Shown here: positions 10,276-19,576 of the stretch, piece after piece
Layout of the letters: every line of letters starts with the position of its first letter
How positions within the stretch are numbered: the stretch's first letter is position 1
Source of the DNA: Fuerstiella sp.
Lineage (GTDB): Bacteria; Planctomycetota; Planctomycetia; Planctomycetales; Planctomycetaceae
Assembly (NCBI GenBank): GCA_014238335.1
Contig: JABABI010000035.1
Span: 2,361-66,360 of the forward strand
Direction: 5' to 3'
Length of the DNA stretch: 64,000 nucleotides
Notes under the pieces: model-generated
Databases searched by the model: none
The model's input: the letters and a program-made list of their open reading frames with translations, nothing else
What the model was told of the DNA's origin: nothing
Translations under genes and position numbers: made by a program

Positions 10276-13200
10276 ATGCTTCCTGTGTTTCGCGCACTCA
10301 GATTTGTCGTAGTGACAGCGATGCTGCCCGCATCCGCTTCGGTGACGTGCGCTCAGACAGAGATCGCAACAGCTCAGCCGGACGCCTATGAAAATGTTCA
10401 GGTGTCCGCCGCACACGAAGAATCATGGCAGATGGGAGACATTAAAGTCTTCGCATTCAAAGGTGGTCGCGGCGCGGACGGGTTGGCGCAACTGCGGCAG
10501 GGCACACTGAATCTCTCTGGTGAAAGCATCGTTGTTTTCGATACGGCCACCGCAGACGGACACGCGATTCGTGCCTATGCAGAAGGGCGAGTTATCTATC
10601 GGGATAATGAGCAGTGGCAGAACAAACAGTCCCATATCGTCCGGCTGCGTTCGCAGAACGCCATTCAGACAAACAGTGGCTCGTCCCACAAAGGCGACGC
10701 ACGCCGAGGTCCAAGCAGTCTTGTTCAGCGAGCTATCAATCGACTGAATCCTGCTCAACAACAGGTCACTCCGGTCACTCCGGTCGGTCTGCAGGTCAGT
10801 CAGGATTCGTTTGTGCCACCTCAGTTTGAACGCCTGCCGGAGGTCGTCACTCCGTTGTCCAGGCGCATCCAGATCCGTCCTCGCTCGAATGAACAGTTGC
10901 AAATCGAATCATCGCAATCGCGCGACACAATTCCCGCAGAACAGGTGTACGTGATCAGAGGGGGAGCCAACGTGCTGGTGGACGGCGTGGCCATCGACGT
11001 CGCCGGACAGACGTTGCGGCCCGGAGTCCTGGATCTTTCGGCAGATCGCATTGTCATCTGGACCGAAGCGAGTGAAAACAACGAGCTGCCGCTGCAGCAG
11101 GACATTCTTCAAACAGCAGGAAAACGCTTTCAGGTTTACCTTGAGGGCAACATTCTTGTGCGCCTCAAAGACAACACGATCACTGCGACTCATGCGTTTT
11201 TTGACGCGAACAATGACCGGGCGCTTCTGCTGAACGCTGAGATGCGGGCATTTCTCCCGCAAACAGGAGGCTCGGTACGTGTGCGAGCCGCCCGGCTTCG
11301 TCAGTTGTCCGCAAACCGATTTCATGCACAGAATGGGTGGACGACAACCAGCCCGTATGGAAAGCCGGGGTATCGAATCCAGGCCAGCGATATCTTTGTC
11401 GAGCCAGGCCCGATTTCACCCTTCACAGAACTCGATCCGATCACCGGTCAGCCGGTTCACGGGCAGCCCATGTGGATCACTGCGATGAATTCGCAGTTCA
11501 TGGTCGGCGACACGCCGCTCTTGTGGCTGCCACGATTAACAGCCCCAGCAGAAGACCCGCATATCCCGATTCGCCAGGCTGCCGTGAAACACGATCGAGT
11601 GTTTGGGCTGCAGATCAAGACGGTCTGGAATCTGACGAAAGTTCTGGGCCAGTCCCAACAGCGAGGAACACAGTGGGATCTGCTGACTGACTATCTTTCT
11701 GATCGTGGACCAGGCGCTGGCGTCCACGGCGAATACAATGTTCACAACAACATGGGGCAGGCGACGGGAAACGCCACCATTTATTATCAATACGACGACG
11801 GCAATGACCGTCTGGGTCTTGATCGTATGGCCGTCCCGCCCGATAACATGCACCGTGGCGAGGTCACTTGGCGACACAAGCAGCAACTTCCTGGCAATGC
11901 TCTGCTGTTCGGCGAAATCGGATATCTCAGTGATCGCAATTATCTGGAGTCGTTTCAGGAGAATCGCTTCGACACCGATAAGGACGCAGAAACGATCCTT
12001 GGTATCCGAAAAGACTCTCAGGTATGGAGCGGGGCCCTGTGGGGGCGAGTCCGACTGAATGACATCGAAGCCACCACGGACTGGCTGCCACGAGCCGACG
12101 TGTTCGGATTCTCTCAGCCATTGTTCAATGGACATGCGTACTGGAGTTCCCACTCCAGCGTGGGATACGCTGACCTGCAGAAGGGTGATCCGCCAAACGA
12201 TATCGCTGTGGACCCATACACGCCGCCGGGGCTGCCTTACATTCAGTCCGCGTCGGGCCTTGTGGCCATGACACGCCACGAAATCGACGCGCCGTTTCTG
12301 TTAGGACCGGTCAACATTAATCCTTTTGTGATGGGTGAAGCAGCAACATGGGATGCAGGTCTGAATGGCCAGCAGGACATCGGCCGGTTCGTGGCGAGCG
12401 GTGGCGTGCAGGCTCACCTGGCAGCCACAAAAATCATGCCCTTTGTTCACAGCGAACTCTGGAACCTGAATGGCCTGGCACATAAATCCGATACGTATCT
12501 TGAATATCGCCTGACGGATTCGTCCGATGACCTCGCCAATATCGCTCAGTACAACGAGATTGACGACAATGCAACAGAACGATTCCGTGGCAGGTACCCT
12601 TTGCAAATCTACGGCGGACTGATCCCCAACGAGTTTGATCCTCGCAATTATGCGGTTCGCAACGGAGCTGGTATCTGGACAAGCGCACCCTATCACGAAC
12701 TGGTTGACGACCAGGAAGTGCTTCGCCTGCGATGGAGAAACCGGCTGCAAACCAAAGTCGGACCTCGGGAATCAGCAAGAATCCGGGATTGGATGATCTG
12801 GGAGAGCGGGCTGAGTTATTTTCCTAATGCGACCAGAGATAACTTTGGCGAGCACGTCGGTTTGATCTACAGTAACTATCGCTGGAACATCAACGACCGG
12901 ACAAGTCTGCTGGCAGATGGAATTGTTGATCTGTTTCAGAATGCTCAGGAAAACTGGAGCGTTGGATTTCTGAGTCAGCGCAGTTCGCGGGGCAGCCTTT
13001 ATGCCGGACTGCGTCAGGTCAAGGCAAAGAACTTTCTTGACAGTCAGACCGTTGTCGCCAGTTACAGCTATCAAATGAGTCCCAAATGGATTTCGACGGC
13101 CTCGTACGCGTACGACATCGCTGCAAGCGAATCACGAGGCTCATCCATAACCGTCAGTCGAGTCGGGCTGGACTGGGTGCTGCACATTGGTCTGGGCGTC

Positions 13201-13302
13201 GACACCAGCAAGGACAATGTCGGTATTGCCTTTTCACTGGAACCGCGATTCGGCCCGCCAACACCAACCAACTTAAGTTACCTGCTGGGCCTGCAGCGCT
13301 GA
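10276..13302 (+). CDS. lptD: LPS-assembly protein LptD/OstA-like outer-membrane beta-barrel (start uncertain)
   Basis: About 1000 aa. OstA-like N-terminal beta-jellyroll-type segments, WTTTSPYGKPGYRIQA, and a long C-terminal region of alternating aromatic/hydrophobic beta-strands. Confidence 0.75.
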   Translation: MLPVFRALRFVVVTAMLPASASVTCAQTEIATAQPDAYENVQVSAAHEESWQMGDIKVFAFKGGRGADGLAQLRQGTLNLSGESIVVFDTATADGHAIRAYAEGRVIYRDNEQWQNKQSHIVRLRSQNAIQTNSGSSHKGDARRGPSSLVQRAINRLNPAQQQVTPVTPVGLQVSQDSFVPPQFERLPEVVTPLSRRIQIRPRSNEQLQIESSQSRDTIPAEQVYVIRGGANVLVDGVAIDVAGQTLRPGVLDLSADRIVIWTEASENNELPLQQDILQTAGKRFQVYLEGNILVRLKDNTITATHAFFDANNDRALLLNAEMRAFLPQTGGSVRVRAARLRQLSANRFHAQNGWTTTSPYGKPGYRIQASDIFVEPGPISPFTELDPITGQPVHGQPMWITAMNSQFMVGDTPLLWLPRLTAPAEDPHIPIRQAAVKHDRVFGLQIKTVWNLTKVLGQSQQRGTQWDLLTDYLSDRGPGAGVHGEYNVHNNMGQATGNATIYYQYDDGNDRLGLDRMAVPPDNMHRGEVTWRHKQQLPGNALLFGEIGYLSDRNYLESFQENRFDTDKDAETILGIRKDSQVWSGALWGRVRLNDIEATTDWLPRADVFGFSQPLFNGHAYWSSHSSVGYADLQKGDPPNDIAVDPYTPPGLPYIQSASGLVAMTRHEIDAPFLLGPVNINPFVMGEAATWDAGLNGQQDIGRFVASGGVQAHLAATKIMPFVHSELWNLNGLAHKSDTYLEYRLTDSSDDLANIAQYNEIDDNATERFRGRYPLQIYGGLIPNEFDPRNYAVRNGAGIWTSAPYHELVDDQEVLRLRWRNRLQTKVGPRESARIRDWMIWESGLSYFPNATRDNFGEHVGLIYSNYRWNINDRTSLLADGIVDLFQNAQENWSVGFLSQRSSRGSLYAGLRQVKAKNFLDSQTVVASYSYQMSPKWISTASYAYDIAASESRGSSITVSRVGLDWVLHIGLGVDTSKDNVGIAFSLEPRFGPPTPTNLSYLLGLQR

Positions 13303-13365
13303 TAGAGGCATCCGACACGTTTCATCGCTGGCGTCGTGCAAATCGCTCAGGGACATACATAAGCG

Positions 13366-14619
13366 TCACCGCTTTACGGGTGCACCGATGCAATAGAGGA
13401 CACTGTCAGACCTCAGGAATAACTGCCCGTTACCTGGCGTAATTGACGCTCGGAAGATTTCACTGGACTCCGGAGCGACATCGTTGATTGCCACGATTTC
13501 CATATCTTCATCAGGCCGGATAGCCAACGTCTGACCTTTCTCGCCGACAAAGAAAGCTACTCCGTGCCACGTGACCGGCGTTGCACAGAACTGTCCGGTC
13601 GAGGCCGCCTCCCCCACCCGACGACGCCATTTTTCTTCTCCTGATTCAACGTCGTACGCAGTCAAAGTAGCACGCCGCATATCCATCACGAGCGAGTTCT
13701 TGCCAATGACTATCGGAGAGGGCAGATCGCGCGAACTGTTTCTTGGCGAATGCCAGACCATATGGGTGTCCGTCACGTCGCCACTCCCGCCAGGGCGAAC
13801 TGCATAGGTGTCACCTCGCAGACCACATAAGACATGCAGCAGGTCACCGGCCGGTGTGATCGTCGGTGTGCCTCGACCGGAGAATCCTTTGCAGAACCAC
13901 AGCTCCTTTCCTGTGTGCGGCTCGTATGCTCGGACACCGTGATGGCCATTAACCACAACTTCGTCGTGGCCTTCGACGTTGATCAGAATCGGCGTACTCC
14001 ATCCGCGAGCGTCGTCGCGTTTGGTCCGCCAGACCTCCTCACCTGTCGTTTTATTGAGCCCGACAATAAACGCGTTAACTTCAGCGTCACAGTTCTGGAT
14101 GACAAGGTCTCCTGCCAGCAGAGGTCCGGCGGCCGTACCCCAGGGACCTTCGAATCGTCCCAGATCTTTTTTCCAAAGCGGCTCGCCGGCGACGGAATAA
14201 CAAAACAGCCCACCACCCCTGCCAAAAAACGCATACACTCGTTCACCATCGGTTACGCACGTGGCAGACGCCCAGCCGTTCATGCCGTGGCTCTCTTCCG
14301 GTTCGCCCGTCCATGCAACATGAGTCCAGAGCAGGCTGCCGTTTCTGCGATCAATACCCATGACCACTCGTTGACGACCGTCTTCCAGCGCAGACGTCAG
14401 AAAGATTCTGTCGCCGGAAATGACGGGCGACGAATGTCCTTTGCCCGGCAACGGTGTCTTCCAGACAACCGATTCCGGCCCCCACTTGATGGGCAACCCC
14501 CGTCCCGTCGCGTGTCCGTTCTGCAACGGCCCACGCCATCCCGTCCAATCCTGATCCGCGGACCGAACGGGACAGGCACAGACAACGACTAGAATCAGCG
14601 GCAGAATGCGGTGGGGCAT
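13366..14619 (-). CDS. PQQ-like/BamB-like beta-propeller protein
   Basis: Signal peptide; DWTGWRGP; repeated W-containing propeller blades (VWKT, GEEVWRT, GKELW). Confidence 0.88.
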   Translation of the reverse strand: MPHRILPLILVVVCACPVRSADQDWTGWRGPLQNGHATGRGLPIKWGPESVVWKTPLPGKGHSSPVISGDRIFLTSALEDGRQRVVMGIDRRNGSLLWTHVAWTGEPEESHGMNGWASATCVTDGERVYAFFGRGGGLFCYSVAGEPLWKKDLGRFEGPWGTAAGPLLAGDLVIQNCDAEVNAFIVGLNKTTGEEVWRTKRDDARGWSTPILINVEGHDEVVVNGHHGVRAYEPHTGKELWFCKGFSGRGTPTITPAGDLLHVLCGLRGDTYAVRPGGSGDVTDTHMVWHSPRNSSRDLPSPIVIGKNSLVMDMRRATLTAYDVESGEEKWRRRVGEAASTGQFCATPVTWHGVAFFVGEKGQTLAIRPDEDMEIVAINDVAPESSEIFRASITPGNGQLFLRSDSVLYCIGAPVKR

Positions 14620-14773
14620 CAATAGCACTTTGAAAATTCCTGTTTCGGGCCAGCAGGTGAAAACTCGTGTGTTGCAGTCTAGTTCGACACGGACGCAAAA
14701 ACGACTGAAAAGCGACCAGTCGGTCCGTTGACCGTCGTGAGTCCAAACCTCACGGAATCAGAAAGTGTCAAAT

Positions 14774-15976
14774 TCAGAACAGCAGCGACTTTAATCCGTC
14801 GGCGGCCACCACGCTCGCCAGCCACGCTCCCGTTACAGCAATCAGGATTCCCGCAGCGCACATCATCAGAAACTCGGTGCTGATCAGCACGGCGATCGTC
14901 CCGCGACTGCAGCCGAGCTTGTGCATTGTCCGAATTTCGACCGCCCGCAAACGAATCGACAGCGACAACACCAGCGTCAGCAGTAGTGCGGTCACCGTGG
15001 CAGACAGGAGAGAACTCAGCCACACCAGATGTTCGACGCGAAACACGATGTTCAGCAGGTCCTGTACAACTTCCGTGGGCTTCACGCATTGAGCGATGTC
15101 GCGCCGTTCTGTGAGGTATCGACCCAATAACAGTGTCCTGTTCTTGCGATTCGACGGCTGAGCAATCACGGCCGAAATCGGAAAGCCATCTTCATCCCCA
15201 TGAAAATGAAAACTGTCGATGTTGTCTGGCGTGATTTCCGTGAACGGCAGAACGGCCGCACTGGCAGTCACGTTAGTATCGGTCTTCTCCAGCAGGACTC
15301 CGTCATCTGCGTTCTTCAGCGCCTGGTGCCCATGTCCGATTCCATCAATTATCCATGCCGTTTTTATATCAACAAATACAACGTTGTCGTCCGGCGAATG
15401 CGAAGGAGCCAGTACGCCGACGACGTTCATTTTGAGCGGATAGTTTCCAGCCAAATTGAAGGCGTTTCGAGGAGCCGACAGAATTCGGTCACCGGGTCCC
15501 AGTTGCATTCGCGCAGCGATGTCACAGCCAATAACGCAGTCGCCAAGCACGGACAGACCATGTCCCGCGGCCACACCCAGCTTGCGGAATTCAAAGTATT
15601 CAATTGTCGTGCCGACGATCGGTACGCCTGCCACACGATTGACCGATTGAGTGCGATACTGCACGTGAACAGGAATGGGCGTGGCAAATCCTGTGTCGTG
15701 GATGTAATTGGATTCGGCCATCGTAGTCTGATCCGGAGACACGCTGTCGAAATACAGACCGTGCAGAGCCAGGTCGATACGACTGCCTTTGGCACCCACG
15801 ATCAATGGTGTCGCAACAGCTCGAGCGATGATGTCTTCACGAAACTGATTCAGCAGCAGCCGCACCGTAATTGGCAGCCACAGCGTCAGGGCCAGGCACA
15901 GCACAACCGTGATCGCACGACCGCGATACCACGACAGCGAACGAACAGCCAGGTAGAGTGCGTTGCGCCAACTCAT
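14774..15976 (-). CDS. ABC transporter permease (FtsX/MacB-like)
   Basis: N-terminal TM, periplasmic core, and C-terminal TMs with RAVEIRTMHKLGCSRG. It overlaps the ATPase gene by 4 nt. Confidence 0.85.
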   Translation of the reverse strand: MSWRNALYLAVRSLSWYRGRAITVVLCLALTLWLPITVRLLLNQFREDIIARAVATPLIVGAKGSRIDLALHGLYFDSVSPDQTTMAESNYIHDTGFATPIPVHVQYRTQSVNRVAGVPIVGTTIEYFEFRKLGVAAGHGLSVLGDCVIGCDIAARMQLGPGDRILSAPRNAFNLAGNYPLKMNVVGVLAPSHSPDDNVVFVDIKTAWIIDGIGHGHQALKNADDGVLLEKTDTNVTASAAVLPFTEITPDNIDSFHFHGDEDGFPISAVIAQPSNRKNRTLLLGRYLTERRDIAQCVKPTEVVQDLLNIVFRVEHLVWLSSLLSATVTALLLTLVLSLSIRLRAVEIRTMHKLGCSRGTIAVLISTEFLMMCAAGILIAVTGAWLASVVAADGLKSLLF

Positions 15977-16668
15977 TCCGGCGTCCCCCGTGCAGCAGGC
16001 GCCGGCTCAGACGACGTCAGAAAACGCTCAAAATCAATGACATGATCAAAGCGGTTCAACAATGAATGGTCGTGGGTAACCATCATCACCGTGGTATTGT
16101 TTTCGCGAGCAGAACTCAGCATGAGATCCAGAATCTGGCCGGACGTTGTCGGATCCAGGTTGCCGGTCGGTTCATCAGCGAGCAGAATCGCGGGCTTGGG
16201 CAACAGAGCTCGACATATGGCCACGCGCTGCTTTTCTCCCTGAGACAACTGCGTCACAGGTTTGCGAATGTGGTCCACCAGACCCGATTGCTCAAGCAGT
16301 TTCTCGGCTCGCCGCTGAGTCGCATCGTCAAGTGCCACGGCGTCGCCGATGCGACAAGGCAGCAGAACATTGTCAATGACTGACAGATAATCGATCAGTT
16401 CAAAGTCCTGAAACACCAGACCAACCTGCTGTAGTCGGAACCGTCGTCGCTCAGCATCTGTCAGCGTTGAAAGGTCTGTCTGATCGATCAGAATTTTTCC
16501 GAGAGCGATCGGCAGAATCCCGGAAACGAGGTGCAGCAGAGTGGTCTTTCCCGAACCACTCGGTCCCACGACAGCAGAAACGGAAGCAGATTCGACAGCC
16601 AACTCTGAAATATGCAGATGGAAGCTGCCGTGCGGGTACGTGAATGTCAGTTGTTGAATCTCAATCAT
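15973..16668 (-). CDS. ABC transporter ATP-binding protein (LolD-like)
   Basis: Walker A GPSGSGKT, signature LSQGE, Walker B LLADEPTGNLD, H-loop VTHD. Confidence 0.95.
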   Translation of the reverse strand: MIEIQQLTFTYPHGSFHLHISELAVESASVSAVVGPSGSGKTTLLHLVSGILPIALGKILIDQTDLSTLTDAERRRFRLQQVGLVFQDFELIDYLSVIDNVLLPCRIGDAVALDDATQRRAEKLLEQSGLVDHIRKPVTQLSQGEKQRVAICRALLPKPAILLADEPTGNLDPTTSGQILDLMLSSARENNTTVMMVTHDHSLLNRFDHVIDFERFLTSSEPAPAARGTPE

Positions 16669-16860
16669 CGTGTCCGCAGTTTAAGGCGGAAACTGCTCCG
16701 ATGTGCGCGCGGCGAAAGATTTTGACTGAGAATCTGATGGCTCCTCCAAATTCGAGGGGACACTCTCATGCGGATCTTGCCGCGACAAGGCGGACCAGAC
16801 TGGCCAGCCTAACTCAGCAACGCTTGGCTCCCCCGCCGCGGTCTATCGGTTCCGCAGTCA

Positions 16861-19569
16861 TCAATGCGCGGTCTTCGGCTCCTTATACAGCTTCTCCAGC
16901 AAACGTGCGGCCAGCGCGGTCCAGCCGGTCTGGTGGCTGGCTCCCAGACCCTTGCCGGATTCTCCGTGGAAATACTCGTAAAACAGAATCAGGTCCTTCC
17001 AGTGAGGGTCATCCTGAAATCGTTTGTCGTCGCCATGGCAGGGGCGACGACCATCCCTGTCACGCAGGAATAATTTCACCTGACGACGCATGAGTTCTCG
17101 GGCAACATCGCCCAGGTGCATCACGTTGCCGGAACCCGTTGGGCATTCCACCTTAAACGAGTCACCATAAAACCGGTGGTAACGTTCCAGAGCTTCTACC
17201 AGCAGGTAGTTGACCGGCAGCCAGATAGGCCCCCGCCAATTGGAGTTCCCACCGAACATCCATGAATCGGATTCGCCGGGCAGATAGGAAACGCGATGCT
17301 CCTGACCACCGGCGTGCAGTACAAACGGATGCTTTTCATGGACCTTCGACAGCGAACGAATACCGTACGGAGACAGGAATTCTTCTTCATCCAGCACATA
17401 AGCCAGAATGCGCTGCAGACGTTCTCGAGACGGAATCGCCAGCAGTCGGGAACCACCGGGTGCATCGCTTTCGTCGCAGTCTCGTTCCATGTAGGTCACA
17501 TGTTTCAACTGGTCGGCCCGGTGCCTGACGAACCAGTTGACGCGTTTGCGAAACCCGGGCAGTCGTTCCAGTACGCTGTCGTCGATCATCGTGACCGTGA
17601 ACAGCGGAATAATGCCGACCATGGAGCGGACTTTCAGCGGAATCGCGTTTCCGTTTTCGTACAGGTGGTCGTAGTAGAATCCATCTTCTTCGTTCCAGAG
17701 TCCATTCGTACCCACCGAATTCATCGCATCGGCAATTTCGACGTAGTGTTCAAAAAACTTGCTGGCCATATCCGCGTAGGCTGGGTTTTCGGCCGCCAGT
17801 TCCAGAGCAATCGTCAGCATCGTGGCACAGAAGAATCCCATCCAGGCGCTGCCGTCGGCCTGATGCAGGTGACCGCCGGTCGGTAACGGCTTGGAGCGGT
17901 CGAAAACACCGATATTATCGAGACCAAGAAAGCCACCCGAAAACACGTGCTTGCCAAGAACGTCCTTGCGGTTCACCCACCACGTAAAATTCAGCAGTAG
18001 TTTCTGGAATGTGCGCGCCAGAAACTGTCGATCTCGTTTCCCACCGGCTTCGCCCGTTCGTTTGTAAACATGCCAGCAGGCCCACGCATGGACGGGAGGA
18101 TTGACGTCACTGAAATTCCATTCGTACGCCGGAATCTGCCCATTGGGGTGCATGTACCATTCGCGCAGAAACAGAATCAGCTGGTCCTTGGCGTATTCGG
18201 TATCCACGTGGCCCAGCGGGATCATGTGAAACGCCGAATCCCATGCGGCGTACCAGGGATACTCCCACTTGTCGGGCATCGAAATAATGTCGCGGTTGTA
18301 CAGATGCGGCCAGTCACCGTTACGGATCTGTTTTCGGTGAGGCGGCGGAGGCGACATGTTGGCATCACCCTTCAGCCAGTCGTATACGGAGTAATTATAG
18401 AACTGCTTGGTCCATAGCAGGCCGGCATACGCCTGACGCATAGTTTGCTGTGCATCTCCAGGAAGGTTCTTGGGCAGCTTTTGTGCATAGAAAGCGTCGG
18501 CTTCTGCTTTTCTTTGCTGCAGAGTGAAGTCGAAGGGTTTTCCGAAAACCTGTGCCGGTGGTTCGTCCTCTGCCCACAGCCGCAGCCGCAGCACTACGTT
18601 GCCGCCTGCTTCGATCGTCGTCACATAATGTGCAGCCACCTTTGTGCCAGCACGTTTCGGATTGACAGCCTCTTTTTTCCCGTTGACGACATATTCGTGG
18701 AACGCATCCTTCGAATACTTGCTGACAAGCGTCGGGTCATGAACGTATTTGGGATTGGATTCGTTTTCGGTAAACAACCATTGCGGAGCTGCACCACAGC
18801 TGGAAATGTCGGCTGCGAACAAAAACGTGCCGAGCGTTTCCTGCTGGCTGACGATGTGACCATCGCCGTCGACCCGCATGGTCGGTTTTGGCCAGGAGCC
18901 TTCATGCTGACATCCCCAGGACCACGTGTTACGAAACCACAGCGTTGGCAGAATGTGCAACGGTGCCGCTTTGGGCCCGCGATTGGAAACGGTGATTTGA
19001 ATCTGCAGGTTGTTCGCGGACGCTTTGGCGTATTCCACCTGCACATCAAAGTATCGGTTTTCATCAAAGACACCAGTGTCAGCCAGTTCATATTCCGGCA
19101 GATGCTGTCCGCGCGTTCGGTTTTCAAGGGACAGTCTGTCGTACGGAAATTCCTGTTGAGGATACTTGTACAGCCCCTGCATATAAGAATGTGTGGGAGT
19201 CGAATCCTGATAGAAGTAGAACTCCTTGACGTCCTCACCGTGATTGCCTTCGGTGCCGCTGACACCGAACATACGTTCCTTGAGAATCGGATCTTTGCCA
19301 TTCCACAATGCCAGAGCAAAGCACAAGCGACACTGCCGATCGCAAACGCCCAGCAAGCCGTCTTCTCCCCACCGATACGCTCGTCCACGTGCGTCGTCGT
19401 GCTTGAAATAGTCCCACGGCTGACCATTGTGAGAGTAGTCTTCACGAACCGTACCCCACTGTCGCTCAGATATGTACGGTCCCCAGCGCTTCCAGTTTTC
19501 GCCAGGTTCGCGGCGGGCTTCCCGCTCCAGCCGCAGACGTTCTGCGTTCTCGATCTGTTCAGATGACAT
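16861..19569 (-). CDS. MGH1-like glycoside hydrolase (GH63-like glucosidase)
   Basis: WKRWGPYISERQWGTVREDYS, SMPDKWEYPWYAAWD, EYFHGESGKGLGASHQTGWT. There is no signal peptide. Confidence 0.9.
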   Translation of the reverse strand: MSSEQIENAERLRLEREARREPGENWKRWGPYISERQWGTVREDYSHNGQPWDYFKHDDARGRAYRWGEDGLLGVCDRQCRLCFALALWNGKDPILKERMFGVSGTEGNHGEDVKEFYFYQDSTPTHSYMQGLYKYPQQEFPYDRLSLENRTRGQHLPEYELADTGVFDENRYFDVQVEYAKASANNLQIQITVSNRGPKAAPLHILPTLWFRNTWSWGCQHEGSWPKPTMRVDGDGHIVSQQETLGTFLFAADISSCGAAPQWLFTENESNPKYVHDPTLVSKYSKDAFHEYVVNGKKEAVNPKRAGTKVAAHYVTTIEAGGNVVLRLRLWAEDEPPAQVFGKPFDFTLQQRKAEADAFYAQKLPKNLPGDAQQTMRQAYAGLLWTKQFYNYSVYDWLKGDANMSPPPPHRKQIRNGDWPHLYNRDIISMPDKWEYPWYAAWDSAFHMIPLGHVDTEYAKDQLILFLREWYMHPNGQIPAYEWNFSDVNPPVHAWACWHVYKRTGEAGGKRDRQFLARTFQKLLLNFTWWVNRKDVLGKHVFSGGFLGLDNIGVFDRSKPLPTGGHLHQADGSAWMGFFCATMLTIALELAAENPAYADMASKFFEHYVEIADAMNSVGTNGLWNEEDGFYYDHLYENGNAIPLKVRSMVGIIPLFTVTMIDDSVLERLPGFRKRVNWFVRHRADQLKHVTYMERDCDESDAPGGSRLLAIPSRERLQRILAYVLDEEEFLSPYGIRSLSKVHEKHPFVLHAGGQEHRVSYLPGESDSWMFGGNSNWRGPIWLPVNYLLVEALERYHRFYGDSFKVECPTGSGNVMHLGDVARELMRRQVKLFLRDRDGRRPCHGDDKRFQDDPHWKDLILFYEYFHGESGKGLGASHQTGWTALAARLLEKLYKEPKTAH

Positions 19570-19576
19570 GCTTCGT

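Noticed and set aside
18445-19566. 373-aa plus-strand ORF (similarly 11536-12279, 13834-14592, 15200-16045, 45921-46817, 56203-56901)
   Set aside because: These lie antisense to well-supported genes and have no recognisable motifs; such shadows are expected in GC-rich coding DNA.
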